A stretch of DNA of 63,371 bases, the filler included, from Octopus bimaculoides (taxonomy: Eukaryota): NCBI RefSeq assembly GCF_001194135.2. It is 10 parts of 8 records of this genome, joined end to end, with 100 filler letters (N's around TTAATTAATTAA, not from the genome) between each part and the next. Parts side by side here need not be neighbours in the genome. Positions count along the whole stretch, not along the records: positions 45,564 to 49,091 come from NW_026306148.1; positions 49,192 to 52,244 come from NC_068984.1; positions 52,345 to 57,554 come from NC_068996.1; positions 57,655 to 62,089 come from NC_068985.1; 6 more parts are not named here. One strand, 5' to 3'. This document shows positions 48,482 to 61,806 of this stretch, one piece after another (position 1 is the first letter of the stretch; each line of letters starts with the position of its first letter). Both the position numbers and the translations under genes were made by a program. Below the pieces are notes generated by a model. It saw only the letters and a list, made by a program, of their open reading frames with translations, was not told the DNA's origin and searched no databases.

Positions 48482-48858
48482 TGGAGGCGCAATGGCCCAG
48501 TGGTTAGGGCAGCGGGCTCGTGGTCATAGGGTCGCGGTTTCGATTCCCAGACCGGGCGTTGTGAGTNNNNNNNNNNNNNNNNNNNNNNNNNNNNNNNNNN
48601 NNNNNNNNNNNNNNNNNNNNNNNNNNNNNNNNNNNNNNNNNNNNNNNNNNNNNNNNNNNNNNNNNNNNNNNNNNNNNNNNNNNNNNNNNNNNNNNNNNNN
48701 NNNNNNNNNNNNNNNNNNNNNNNNNNNNNNNNNNNNNNNNNNNNNNNNNNNNNNNNNNNNNNNNNNNNNNNNNNNNNNNNNNNNNNNNNNNNNNNNNNNN
48801 NNNNNNNNNNNNNNNNNNNNNNNNNNNTCGACGTCGTAAGCGACGGAGTGCCAACAAC
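48482..48858 (+). mobile_element. SINE family A spanning a gap
   Basis: Head at 48482-48566 and tail end CGACGTCGTAAGCGACGGAGTGCCAACAAC at 48829-48858. The span matches the family length. Confidence 0.85.
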
Positions 48859-49191
48859 AAAATACGAATAGTAGGATGAGTAAATGTGATTAACTGAATC
48901 CTTATACACGACAAGCCCCTAGTTGTCCCCCAATCAAATTCATTCACAAGGCACTCACCGGCCCGGGGTTATATTAGAAGGTGCCTGCCCAACGTGTCAC
49001 ATAGTGGACAAGAACCGGAAACCAAATGATTGCTAAGAAAACCAGTTTCTGAACTACTCAGCCATGTTTAAATCCGTAATTATGTTCGCATNNNNNNNNN
49101 NNNNNNNNNNNNNNNNNNNNNNNNNNNNNNNNNNNTTAATTAATTAANNNNNNNNNNNNNNNNNNNNNNNNNNNNNNNNNNNNNNNNNNNN

Positions 49192-49266
<75 letters not shown>

Positions 49267-49878
49267 GTAACTTATATTTTACTTACTTCCTGCATAAAAA
49301 ATTGTTCGTATATCTTGATTCAATAAATATCTGGTAGCCATTTTTAGCAAGAAGGGCTTATTTAGAGTTGTTCTTTAGCCTCACATTAACGCAACCCTGA
49401 TGCAGTTCACATATGAGAAAAAACGTTCTACTTCTGACCACTGTTCATTTTCTAACACAGTTTATCTAGAAATATGTTATCTAATGCACCTTTCCGTCCA
49501 TAGGGTGTGATCTTAGGGTATTTAGTTATCATTTTTAACAGGCAGAATGGTTCACTCATTGGCACGGCTTATTTAAACAAATGATTGCCATTGCTACCAG
49601 CCATGATCAAACAAGCCTATCATCAGAAGCCTTCTAGCCGTGGCCTTCCTACTGGCATTTTCCAGACATAGTCTTTGCAGGACTTCATTATCTAAAGTCT
49701 TACCTTTTTTTAAAAGTTACAAGATATACTATGAAGGAATTTTAGCTGCTAATTTTAGTAAGTCGAACAACACCAAAGAAATTCCAGACACTCAGTTGTG
49801 TGAAATACTTTCTAATTCAAATATATCATGTCGTATTTGATTAGATATGTCTTATATTAAATATGTTTTCTTCTTCAG

Positions 49879-49998
49879 GTGGGAATGACGCTTCGGAATG
49901 GTGCTGTACGGGTATATGATGAGAGATGCTGTGTACCGTATTTATATGATGGTAAACTTTGGGTAACTTTCGAAGACCCAGAAAGTGCAACAGAAAAG
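49879..49998 (+). CDS. Internal exon of a GH18 chitinase / chitinase-like gene (chitinase insertion domain region)
   Basis: TTTTCTTCTTCAG|..AAG|GTATTC, 120 nt, phase 0-0, VGMTLRNGAVRVYDERCCVPYLYDGKLWVTFEDPESATEK. This matches the GH18 pattern (IC)..L.NGA...WD....VPY.Y.G..WV.(Y/F)(D/E)D..S...K. Confidence 0.85.
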
Positions 49999-50719
49999 GT
50001 ATTCTTTCGATTTGCTTTTTTTAAAAATAATTTAATACTAAATTAGTAGTTTGAGCACTTCTACACCCCTTACTTGCAACTAACGCCTAAATTAAAATCC
50101 TGGAGGTGGGAAATTCACATAAGGGTTTTACTTGGGGATATGGCACAAGTAGATCTAATTTGTGGCGCGAAAATGCTAGTAATAACTGTTTGTTTCGGTA
50201 GCACAAAGTTAGAAATTTGGTGGGAGGGGACAGTCGATTGTATCGACTCCAGTAATTGATTGATGCTTACTTATCGATTCTGAAAGAATGAACGGTAAAA
50301 TTGTTTTCGGTAGCATTTGAACGATTTTTAGCACGTAGAAGCATTTTGTGTGTAGAGTATTGTCAATAAAACCGCTCTCAATGCTTGTCTGTTACTTATT
50401 TTAGTAACCTAAAAAAATATGAGTCAGTACTAATAATAATTATGACCAAAAAAGTTCCAGAATTGACAATCTCGCCCATTTCTCTTAAAACTATGTTATC
50501 CAATATATCCTCGTATTTTTACGCCGGCTGGGTGTGAGTCGGAAGAGATTGAGCTGCAACTGTTCTCATAAAGTTCTCTCGATGATTCACATAGCACAGT
50601 GTTTCACATGATGAAGATAAAGATTTGAGAAACTAGCTAATAACTGACAGTAAAAAGGTTAGTATAAATTACTAAGAACTAGAATAGATTTTTAGAACAG
50701 AAGATAACAGAATGAATGT

Positions 50720-50720
50720 C

Positions 50721-50768
<48 letters not shown>

Positions 50769-50800
50769 CCTGTCTGTCTGTCTGTATGTCTGTATGTCTG
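50720..50800. repeat. (TCTA)n/(TCTG)n microsatellite
   Basis: Direct reading of the sequence. Confidence 0.95.
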
Positions 50801-51575
50801 TCTTAATTGCTAATTTAAAACTTTCAAGGGTAAGCTGAATTCTCTCGAATGATAATTAGATTGTATGGTAAGTTGTGATGGCAAAGTCATATGGAGAATT
50901 TTTATTAACTTTGAAGATGTACTATTGTAATCAGGTGTGTATATTTAGGTCTGTGATCTTTAGGTAATAGGCGTTTACAAAAATGTAATTAGGTTATTGG
51001 TCAGCAGATGTGTCACTCAATTTAGTTGTTGGTTTTATTTGGATATTAATAGGATATTTAGCCTTCTGTTTTGAAAATGTGAAGGTTAAATCTCCGAGTT
51101 CAGTCCATTATTTAAACCTTTGTAATAAGGTGTAATTTCTAGGAATGTCAGCTTTTAGGTAAGGGGCTTTTAAGGGCTCACAAAATAACGTAGGTAGGTG
51201 GTACGATTTAGACTGTTGGCAGGTTGGTATTATTTAGGGTTTTTCACCTGTTTGTATTGGCAGGGTGTTGGTTGACATAGAATTGTCATAATGAAAAATT
51301 TGCTAATCTGATGTTTTAACAGTTCACGAGAGAGTGTAGATAGACGTAAATGTTGTAGGTCAGTATATTTGTCGCTAGGGAGTTATTGTTTTGGAGATTA
51401 TTTGGTTGCTATTTAGAAATTTTAACCTTTGTATTAAGGAAGGTAAAATTTGTGTGCTATTTTATTTAAAAATACTTTTTCTATTCAAATTCAAGCTCTG
51501 GTATTTATAATATATTATTTGAACATATTAAAATATGCATGATGCAACCAACACACACACACACATTTTCGTAAA

Positions 51576-51820
51576 CCCAATAGTAAAAATGATACCTCAT
51601 TATCCAACTATTAACGGACATTAAAATCAAAAGATAATCTATTTTCGATTAATTGGAAAATGTTGTCACATGCACAACCATGCACAGGTAACAACAAACC
51701 CTGCCAATTTGGTATCTATGAATCCTACCACATTCTTATATTGAAGAACGAAATTCTGAACCGAAACTCCGAGTGTGTCTCTTCATGCAAGCATACAATT
51801 TTCAAAACACTAGAACATTT
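51576..51820 (+). mobile_element. Penelope-like element, GIY-YIG endonuclease C-terminal remnant
   Basis: NSKNDTSLSNY*RTLKSKDNLFSINWKMLSHAQPCTGNNKPCQFGIYESYHIL..ILNRNSECVSSCKH, matching the PLE pattern TELSKYIW.LK...I.W.IL..A..Y....K.C.LCL.EK..IL...LN.RSE..S.CRH. Confidence 0.8.
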
Positions 51821-52612
51821 TTTTTGTTACGGCTAAACATGAAAATACCTCACTACATTGTTCCATCTTCAACTTCACACTAAGCTACCGCCATAGTATA
51901 TGTAAAAAAAACCCTAATATTACAACTCTAAATTAAACAGATCCTGCAAAAATGTCCTAAGACTTACTAAATTTTTAACAAAACAAAATTTCCTAAAATA
52001 AGTACATACACTTACAAGAATACACGTACATATACGCAAAGAGGATAGACGAATAACTTAGCTTAAAATTTCTTGCACCCTTTTGATAATACCTGCTTTT
52101 GCATAATATATTATAAAATACACAAGCTTGAAATCTAATATAAGAAATATTTATAAAAATACATAAAACAAATTTCGCCTGTCCGAAATGTTGGATATTT
52201 CACTTCCCATTGCAAGTTCACTGTAATCGTTTTATCTATTATATNNNNNNNNNNNNNNNNNNNNNNNNNNNNNNNNNNNNNNNNNNNNTTAATTAATTAA
52301 NNNNNNNNNNNNNNNNNNNNNNNNNNNNNNNNNNNNNNNNNNNNTATACAATACATCTGTCAGACGGGACCTTGATGACTGCTATGAAGCAGGAAAGCAT
52401 ACTAGCCCCTATATATATTTAATACTCAATATTTCATATATTCAATAAGACATTCAATACTTCATTTCATTTTACTATTTATATTATATATTCCATATTC
52501 TATATCCCACATTAATTTCATAAGAATATAAATAAAACATAAAAAACAGAGTTGGAACTCTTTTAAATAATATATTCCTCTATACACTATCATACAAACC
52601 CCTTTTTTTATT

Positions 52613-52649
<37 letters not shown>

Positions 52650-52679
52650 TAGTGATTTCAGATTACAGGCGAGAAGGAT

Positions 52680-54270
52680 TCTAAGAAGCAAACCAGTTTG
52701 GAAAAGAAGGACCAGGAAGCTTAAGAATTCTCTGAATAGTCATAGATTTAGATTTGTTCTAACTGAAGCATTTAATGAGAAGGAGAAGTTACAGATATGT
52801 AACATAGAGGATAACTTGAAGTTCATACAAGACAATTTACTGAGAGTCACAGACCAAATTTGTGGCTGTTGCAAAGTCCCAACCAGACCAAGGATGGCAT
52901 GGTGGTGGAACAGTGTAGCTGACAGGGCCATTAGAGCAAAGAAGCAGGCCTGGAAAAGCTGGAAGGGCGACGCTAGCAAGAAAGCTAGAAAGGAGGCTAG
53001 GAGGCAGGTATACCTAGCCAGGGTGAAGCAGAAAGAAAGCAGAGTGAGGACCAGCAGTTTGAAGTGTTTTGGCTTGCAAGACAGTATGTCAGGGAAAATA
53101 GTAATGTTGTTGAAGAGAAGTGCATTCACATGAATGAAGGTTCACTTGCAGTTAGTAACTCTGTGAAGAAAGAGTCTTGGAAGTGCCACTATGAAAGACT
53201 GCTAAATGTAGAGAACTCATGGAAGAAGGAAAGGCTGCCTAATGTGGACCCAACAGAGGGACCAGTAATCCAAATAGACAGTAGCTTGTTAGATAAAGCC
53301 ATAAAGTATATGAAGATGAGGAAAGTTCCTGACTCGTCAGGAATCACCGCTGAGATGCATAAGATATCTAGTGGTGTGGGCTATGGTCTCATTGCCCATA
53401 TGGTCAATCAGGTCATACATATGGGAGTCATACTCAATGACTGGTGTAGCAGCACCATAGTCAACTGCGACAAAGGCAAAGGCTATGTCTTAGACAAAAA
53501 TAATAACAGAGCTATAAAACTGTTTGATTTGGTGATGAAAGTTATGGAGAAGGATGTAGCCCAACTAATTAGGAAGCGAGTTAGTCTAGATGAGATGCAG
53601 TTTGGTTTTATGTCAGGGAGAAGCACCAATGTATTTCTGGTAAGGCAGCTGCAGGAGAAGTATCTAGCCAAAAATAAACCTCTGTACTAGACTTTTGTTG
53701 ACATGGGGAAAGCCTTTGACAGAGTCTCCTGCTCTTTTATCTGGTGATATTGTGGAAACTAAGGATGGAAAAGTGGCTGGTGAGAGCTGTAGAAGTCATG
53801 TACAGGGATGCTGTCAGTAAAGTGGGGATTGACAACAAATATAGTGATGAATTCAGTGTACAAGTTCACCAAAGATCAGTCCTCAGTTTCCTCTTATTCA
53901 TCATAGTCCTTCAGGTAATAACAGAGAAATTTCAGTTGGGCTGCTCTGGGAGCTCCTCTATGCTGTTTTTTATAACTGAATCACTACCAGAACTGGTGAA
54001 AAAATTTCAGGAGTTGCAACAATATTTGGAATCAAGGGGCTTTGGAGTTCATTTAGCAAAAAAGTCTTAGTAAGTATTAAAATAGACAAATCACAAATTC
54101 CTTCAGGTAGATGGCCCTGCTCAATAAGTAGAAAAGGTGTAGTAGAAACTCCATAAGATGTACCCAGTGCAAGCAATGCATACATAAGAAGTGCAGCAAT
54201 ATAAATATTAGAGGAAGGTTAACATGGGAAATAGTCTTTGTGTATGGTAGATGCACATTAGAAATATTAC
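52680..54270 (+). mobile_element. RTE-clade LINE, long decayed ORF (linker, RT, PHD-like insert)
   Basis: WWWNS..RAIRAKK; WKCHYERLLNVEN; DWCSSTIVNCDKGKG; DEMQFGFMSGRST..VRQLQEKYLAKNKPLY*TFVDMGKAFDRV; HQRSVLSFLLFIIVL; GRWPCSI..RNSIRCTQCKQCIHKKCS. Confidence 0.95.
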
Positions 54271-54985
54271 AGAATATATATATATATATATATATATATA
54301 NNNNNNNNNNNNNNNNNNNNNNNNNNNNNNNNNNNNNNNNNNNNNNNNNNNNNNNNNNNNNNNNNNNNNNNNNNNNNNNNNNNNNNNNNNNNNNNNNNNN
54401 NNNNNNNNNNNNNNNNNNNNNNNNNNNNNNNNNNNNNNNNNNNNNNNNNNNNNNNNNNNNNNNNNNNNNNNNNNNNNNNNNNNNNNNNNNNNNNNNNNNN
54501 NNNNNNNNNNNNNNNNNNNNNNNNNNNNNNNNNNNNNNNNNNNNNNNNNNNNNNNNNNNNNNNNNNNNNNNNNNNNNNNNNNNNNNNNNNNNNNNNNNNN
54601 NNNNNNNNNNNNNNNNNNNNNNNNNNNNNNNNNNNNNNNNNNNNNNNNNNNNNNNNNNNNNNNNNNNNNNNNNNNNNNNNNNNNNNNNNNNNNNNNNNNN
54701 NNNNNNNNNNNNNNNNNNNNNNNNNNNNNNNNNNNNNNNNNNNNNNNNNNNNNNNNNNNNNNNNNNNNNNNNNNNNNNNNNNNNNNNNNNNNNNNNNNNN
54801 NNNNNNNNNNNNNNNNNNNNNNNNNNNNNNNNNNNNNNNNNNNNNNNNNNNNNNNNNNNNNNNNNNNNNNNNNNNNNNNNNNNNNNNNNNNNNNNNNNNN
54901 NNNNNNNNNNNNNNNNNNNNNNNNNNNNNNNNNNNNNNNNNNNNNNNNNNNNNNNNNNNTATATATATATATATATATATATATA

Positions 54986-55255
54986 TTCATCATCATCGTC
55001 GTCGTTTAACGTCTGCTTTCCATGCTGGCATGGGTTGGACGGTTTGACTGAGGACTGGAAAGCCAGAGGGCTGCACCAGGCTCAATCTGATGACAAAGTT
55101 TCTACAGCTGGATACCCTTCCTGATACCAACCACTCCGAGTGTGTAGTGGGTGCTTTTATGTGCCACCTGCAACGACCACGCTCAAAAGGTGTTTTTTAC
55201 ATGCTACCTGCACGGGAGCCAGTCTGGCAGCACTGGCAATGACCACGCTCGAATG
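54986..55255 (-). mobile_element. Family D RTE 3' UTR-type repeat
   Basis: Reverse complement of the 22799-23036 motifs. Confidence 0.85.
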
Positions 55256-55266
55256 TTGTATTATGG

Positions 55267-55312
<46 letters not shown>

Positions 55313-55340
55313 GGAAGGAAGGAAGGAGGGAGGGATTGAT

Positions 55341-55490
<150 letters not shown>

Positions 55491-55539
55491 GCAGACAGAC
55501 ACTGACACATACATAAAACAAGTTATGCATCTGTACATA

Positions 55540-56330
55540 TTGTGCAAGAAAATATCAATAACATTGACAGTATTAGTACCCTCTTCTGGACCTGTGATAA
55601 ACACATCATATCATACCAGGAGACAGTTACTAAAAACCTGGTCAACTAGAGAGATTAAGAATGCTTTTAGTCCTCCATATTGTCATAGAAAATACTGATT
55701 GCATTAAATCAATGTAGGAGATATCCTTCATATTCTCAACAGATGTCCAAAAGTATTTACTAGATACTTTCTTCCTACAAGACTTGACATTGTCACTAAA
55801 ACTGTGTACATTGCTATGTACAGGAAGGTCCTGATGGCCAGATTAAAGGTACACAACAACCAGAAGGTATCCACACCTGTAAAGATTAAAGAATATTAGT
55901 GGAACAAGACAATGATAAAAATCAAAACAGTGTAAGTATAATAGGCCAGATATTGTTGTAAGGGACAGTGAGCAAAAAATCATGCCCTGTTTTGGGGACC
56001 AGCTGCCTTTGAATAAATATTTCATAAAAGTTGAGAGAAACTTGAGAATCAATGGAGAACTAATGGAAAATTTACAGCTCTTGTGTCCTAGCTATAGATT
56101 TTTATTTTATCAATTATCACAGGTGTGTTAGGCTATACAACAACAGAATTATTTAAAAGCAGGGAAAAGATGGGGTTCTCCAAGAAAGAATAAAGTAAAC
56201 TGATTCTCTTTTAAGAAACACAAACGGTTAATAGAACTGGGAAAATTTGTATAAAATTCTAGGGATTATCTATTTGAGGTCCTTCGACTGAACATGCATA
56301 CAAAATCATATGTACATGTAGAATACACAT
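55540..56330 (+). mobile_element. Degenerate R4/Dong 3' fragment (CCHC and RLE domains)
   Basis: QETVTKN; VGDILHILNRCPK..RYFLPTRLDIVTKTVYIA; KYNRPDIVVRDSEQK; ENLQLLCPSYRF (compare RNLQLPYPDYKF at 2690-2725). Ends near a degenerate TACA run. Confidence 0.75.
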
Positions 56331-57196
56331 ACATGCATGCACATAAGCAGTAATAAGACACAGACACTTGTGAACTAAGGTGATACGCACACTCTTTATG
56401 CTAGTGCAAATTTATTCATGTGCACATACATAGTCACTATATACATATATGCACACACTAATCAGTTCAAATAACTACACACAAAAGAGCTGTCTTGAAT
56501 TTCACAAAAGAGTGAATTTTATAGTGCAAAGGTTAAAAGAAAATTTAAATAATCCCAAAGAAAAACATTTATATAGATTGGTAGAACAAACAGAAGAAAT
56601 AGAATTCAATAGAATGAAGTAAAACTTGTATGAATCATTTTATTAATTAGTTGTAAAGCTGCATAAGTGTTTCAAAGGTCGAAAGTTTCCCGTGTTGACA
56701 TGTTGATATGTTCAATCAAAATTCTCAGACCTTGGATCATTTATATAGTTTTGCAACTAAATAATAAGGTATGTTTGCATATATAAATGTGAATGTGAGT
56801 GTTTGTATGTGTATCATACTAGCAACATGAAAATGATAGATTATTAGTAAAATTACACTGAACTTAATAATAATGGATACCCTCAAGATGTTGATGTTTT
56901 TCTCCATCAAATATATCAAAAAAAAAAAAAAAATGCTAACTAGTGCATTTGGCTGCACTCAAACACAATTTCAGAAATGACAAAGTAAACAGGGTATTGG
57001 ACTGTCCTAACTCAACTAACCAATAACCTTATATGTTTTCTTTCTTTTAATTATATCTTGTTTTAATTATTGCGTACTTTTAAAATTATTTCTGTGCAAA
57101 TATGTGTGAGATTATGCATATACACATGTATCTGTATATGCATCTACATTTATATAAATGTATGTATGATTATGTACATATAAATATTTGTATGTA

Positions 57197-57554
57197 TATG
57201 GGTTGGACGATTTGACTGAGGACTGGTGGAGCCCGGCTCCAATCTGATTTGGCAGAGTTTCTACAGCTGGATGCCCTTACTAACGCCAACCACTCCGAGA
57301 GTGTAGTGGGTGCTTTTTACGTGCCACCGGCACGAAGGCCAGTCAGGCGGTACTGGCAATGGCCATGCTCAAAATGGTGTATTTTATGTGCCACCCGCAC
57401 AAGAGCCAGTCCAGGGGCACTGGCAACGATCTCGCTCGAAAGTCCTTACACATGCTGCGGGCACAAGTGCCAGAAAGGCGGCGCTGGGCACAGGTGCCAT
57501 CCCGATTTCGCTTTCGCTTGCCCCAATAAGTCTTCGCAAGCTGAGTTTCGTGTC
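57197..57554 (-). mobile_element. Family D repeat with extended upstream part
   Basis: Reverse complement of 22799-22990 plus further 5' sequence. Confidence 0.85.
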
Positions 57555-57654
57555 NNNNNNNNNNNNNNNNNNNNNNNNNNNNNNNNNNNNNNNNNNNNTT
57601 AATTAATTAANNNNNNNNNNNNNNNNNNNNNNNNNNNNNNNNNNNNNNNNNNNN

Positions 57655-57690
<36 letters not shown>

Positions 57691-58229
57691 CAGACATTTA
57701 TGCATGAATGTGTAAGTGAATCTATACAGGAGTTCATGTAGTACATGTGCGTTTGTGTGGATGTGCGTCTCCGTGCCTGCGTGTATGCATCTTGGTCCGT
57801 ATGTATGCATATAGGTATAGTATATTTTGCTTTTATGCTTATACGTAGGTGTGTACATGTCTCCGTCTATGTATAAATGCTATATCGAGGCCATCATTAT
57901 CACAGAGCATAACGAGACGAATTACATTAAAAACTAAAAACACTAAAATCGACAAATAAACAATAAAATAGATAAATGAAACGTAGGATGAGTAATAGAC
58001 ATGACTAGTCGATGTTGGTGCCAACTCTATTAAACGCTAAATGCTCAGAGGATGATGTAAATAATTTCGTCTTGGTTGTGTCTTTATTATTTCACGTATA
58101 GATGAATATCTATGATTTCAGCCATATATCAATTACTAAATATATTACATCAGCACTGCATCGCAACCACAATGCTGTGGTAGACGCTATAGAAGGCCAA
58201 AGTATATGTATATGCGTACACACACACAA

Positions 58230-58309
<80 letters not shown>

Positions 58310-59639
58310 CTACACACGTATAATGCTTTTTAAAGTTNNNNNNNNNNNNNNNNNNNNNNNNNNNNNNNNNNNNNNNNNNNNNNNNNNNNNNNNNNNNNNN
58401 NNNNNNNNNNNNNNNNNNNNNNNNNNNNNNNNNNNNNNNNNNNNNNNNNNNNNNNNNNNNNNNNNNNNNNNNNNNNNNNNNNNNNNNNNNNNNNNNNNNN
58501 NNNNNNNNNNNNNNNNNNNNNNNNNNNNNNNNNNNNNNNNNNNNNNNNNNNNNNNNNNNNNNNNNNNNNNNNNNNNNNNNNNNNNNNNNNNNNNNNNNNN
58601 NNNNNNNNNNNNNNNNNNNNNNNNNNNNNNNNNNNNNNNNNNNNNNNNNNNNNNNNNNNNNNNNNNNNNNNNNNNNNNNNNNNNNNNNNNNNNNNNNNNN
58701 NNNNNNNNNNNNNNNNNNNNNNNNNNNNNNNNNNNNNNNNNNNNNNNNNNNNNNNNNNNNNNNNNNNNNNNNNNNNNNNNNNNNNNNNNNNNNNNNNNNN
58801 NNNNNNNNNNNNNNNNNNNNNNNNNNNNNNNNNNNNNNNNNNNNNNNNNNNNNNNNNNNNNNNNNNNNNNNNNNNNNNNNNNNNNNNNNNNNNNNNNNNN
58901 NNNNNNNNNNNNNNNNNNNNNNNNNNNNNNNNNNNNNNNNNNNNNNNNNNNNNNNNNNNNNNNNNNNNNNNNNNNNNNNNNNNNNNNNNNNNNNNNNNNN
59001 NNNNNNNNNNNNNNNNNNNNNNNNNNNNNNNNNNNNNNNNNNNNNNNNNNNNNNNNNNNNNNNNNNNNNNNNNNNNNNNNNNNNNNNNNNNNNNNNNNNN
59101 NTATATATATATAATGTATGTATGCATGTATGTATTTCATTATTCAGCTTATTTCAAGATTTCTTACCAATAGAGAAAGAAACGGTTTCTAATCTAGATC
59201 CAAGGCTCCTTCATTGGAACTTCAACATCAACAACTGGGCACTTTTGTGTGTATGTGTGTATGTATATCTATATATATAAAAAAAAACTTATACATATAC
59301 ATATATCAATTTCCGTTAGAGACACCATGTTTCGTTATGCAAACATTATATGGTACGAAATACAATAAAGGTACCTAAGTCTACATTGTCCCTCACTTGT
59401 ATATTCACTCTTTAAAGTTATCACTACAGATATTGTGAATCAATTAAAGCCAGTACTGGTTTGTTACGACGTTGCGCACACGAATATGTCTATGTAAACA
59501 ATGCGATCGAAGATAGAAAAATAGGAAATGGATTTATTCATTTTAATTGTTTCTTCTTCAGCGCAATATCCAACCCATTAGCTATCCACGATCACATTGC
59601 TTCAATAGCCACCAAATATAGCGGTGTAATATAGCGTCG

Positions 59640-60245
59640 TCGTGGCACTTCGTCGCTTACGACGTCGAGGGTTCCAGTTGATCCGATCAACGGAATAATC
59701 TGCTCGTGAAGTTAACGTTCAAGTGGCTGAGCACTCCACAGACACGTGTACCCATAACGTAGTTTTCGGGGATATTCAGCGTGACAGTGTGACAAGGCTG
59801 ACCCTTTGAATTACAGGCACAACAGAAACAGGAAGTAAGAGTGAGAGAAAGTTNNNNNNNNNNTGGGGATCGAAACCGTGATTCTACGACTGCAAGTCTG
59901 CTGCCCCAACAATATAGGAGCACTCCGTCGGTTGCGACGACGTAGGTTCCAGTTGATCCGATCAACAGAACAGCCTGCTCGTGAAATTAACGTACAAGTG
60001 GCTGAGCACTCCACAACACGTGTACCCTTAACGTAGTTCTCGGGAAGATTCAGTGTGTCAAAGCTGGCCCTTTTAAATACAGGTACAACAGAAATGGGAA
60101 GAAAGAGTGAGAGAAAGTTGTGACGAAAGAGTACAGCAAGGTTCGCCACCACTCCCTGGCGCAGCCTCGTGAAGTTTTAGGTGTTTTCGCTCAATAAACA
60201 CTCACAACACCCTATCTGGGAATCGAAACCGCGATTCTACGACCC
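59640..60245 (-). mobile_element. Two head-to-tail family A SINEs (59640-59910, 59915-60245)
   Basis: Two tail Y blocks and two head blocks in the same orientation. Confidence 0.88.
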
Positions 60246-60338
60246 GTTGACTAATCAAATTACTCTATGCAGCTGCATCGTCAGTGAGCTAATCGGTTTA
60301 TTAATTTTTCTTGGCTATTCGGCAGTTTGGTACATGTT

Positions 60339-60771
60339 TACCGTCAAGTTGGATGCGTGACTGAAAGCCAAACCACCGTAGTTTAGGCAAGATGGTTTCT
60401 TCATTTTCCTTCTATTTTTTCGCCCCTTCACGATGTCTAAAAAATAGAGCCTATCGTTCACAACTAAATTCAAACTGTGATTAATTATGCACCGATACGC
60501 TCAAAAAAAGAAAAAAGAAAAGAGAGACGTAAATACGAAGCAACCGGACTACATTTTTGTCCTACAACAGAAGAAATATTTTTCGATATTAGCTCGATCA
60601 AGAAGAAAAACTGAAAATGATTAAAAATCCGGCGTGAAAAAGCAAAAAAATGACAAGATTTCAAAAGTAAACTATAGGCTGTGCATCAGGGGTGGGCTGT
60701 GCATCAGGGGTGGGCTGTGCATCAGGGAAGGGACGGATTATCTGTATCTACAAATATGATAGTGTACGGTA
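60339..60771 (+). mobile_element. Possible pogo/Tigger-like relic with 18-bp subterminal repeats
   Basis: TACCGT..TACGGTA ends, a degenerate N-terminal LSFTTKFKL.VINYA, and GGCTGTGCATCAGGGGTG repeated about 2.8 times at 60677-60727. Confidence 0.45.
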
Positions 60772-61076
60772 TTTGGTACTGAGAGTGGAAAATATGGACA
60801 CTGAAATTTATTTCTATGAATAAGCATTCTTACATTTATTTTAATTTTGTTCTCTTTCGTGAACAAATAACGTTGTTCGTTATACTTATTCAGACGAGCA
60901 AATCATTGATGTCAAACATGACAAGGGATTGTCAGTGCAATTCGGCGGGAACAAATAACCAGGCAGGGTATTTTATAGAAAAACACTTGTATTTCGGTTC
61001 CTCGATGTGTTGACATCGTCGGCCGTTTTACATTACTTGAGATGCATTCACTTACACAAGTGTACAAAATGTTCGT

Positions 61077-61520
61077 ATGTTAGACATTTGTGTGACCGTA
61101 CGTGTATATGTGTGTGAATGTTTTTGCGTGTGTGTATTGCGTGTGTGTATATTGTGTGTGTGTATTGTGTGTATTGTGTGTGTACGTGTGTATGCACGTG
61201 TGTGGGTATTGTGTGTGTGCACGCGTGTGTGCACGCGTGTGTGCATTGTGTGTGTGTTGTGCGTGTACATGTGTGTGCACACGTGTGTGTGTTGTGTGTG
61301 TGCATGTGTGTTGTGTGCATGTGTCGTGTGTGTGTCGTATGTGCGTGTGTACGTGCTTGTGTGTGTGTGTGTTGTGTGCATGTGTCATGTGTGTGTCATG
61401 TGTGTGCGTGTGTATGTGCTTGTGTTGTGTGTGTGTGTACATGCACATGTGTGTGTGTGTGCTGTATGTGTGTGTGTATTGTATATGGTATGTGTGTGTT
61501 TGTGTGTGCGTGTGTCTCCT
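61077..61520. repeat. Compound TG-rich simple repeat
   Basis: Direct reading of the sequence. Confidence 0.95.
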
Positions 61521-61750
61521 AACCGATATATTTCGCTTGCTTGCTTACGTGGTGGTTTCATTGTAACTATATACACATAAGTTATGTCTTTATCTTTGTG
61601 GTAGAAAGTTTTATTTCATATACATACATGCACACATATACATACATGCACACATATACATACATATACATGTGCGCGCGCGTGTGTGGGTGTGTGTGCG
61701 TGTGTATGTATGTGTGTTAATAGTCTCAAAAAACAAAATAATCCAAAAAC

Positions 61751-61806
61751 AAAATGGCGGATGTTACATGTGGTTAAATTAAGAAGTGACGTTCAACCTA
61801 TATAAA
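61751..61806 (+). promoter_or_regulatory. Promoter-like motif cluster
   Basis: YY1-like AAAATGGCGG (61751-61760), CRE half-site TGACGT (61787-61792) and TATATAAA (61799-61806). Confidence 0.25.

Noticed and set aside
61048-61580. Cys/Val-rich and His/Thr-rich ORFs, also at 23881-24141, 28740-29120 and 38012-38300
   Set aside because: These are translations of TG/CA simple repeats.
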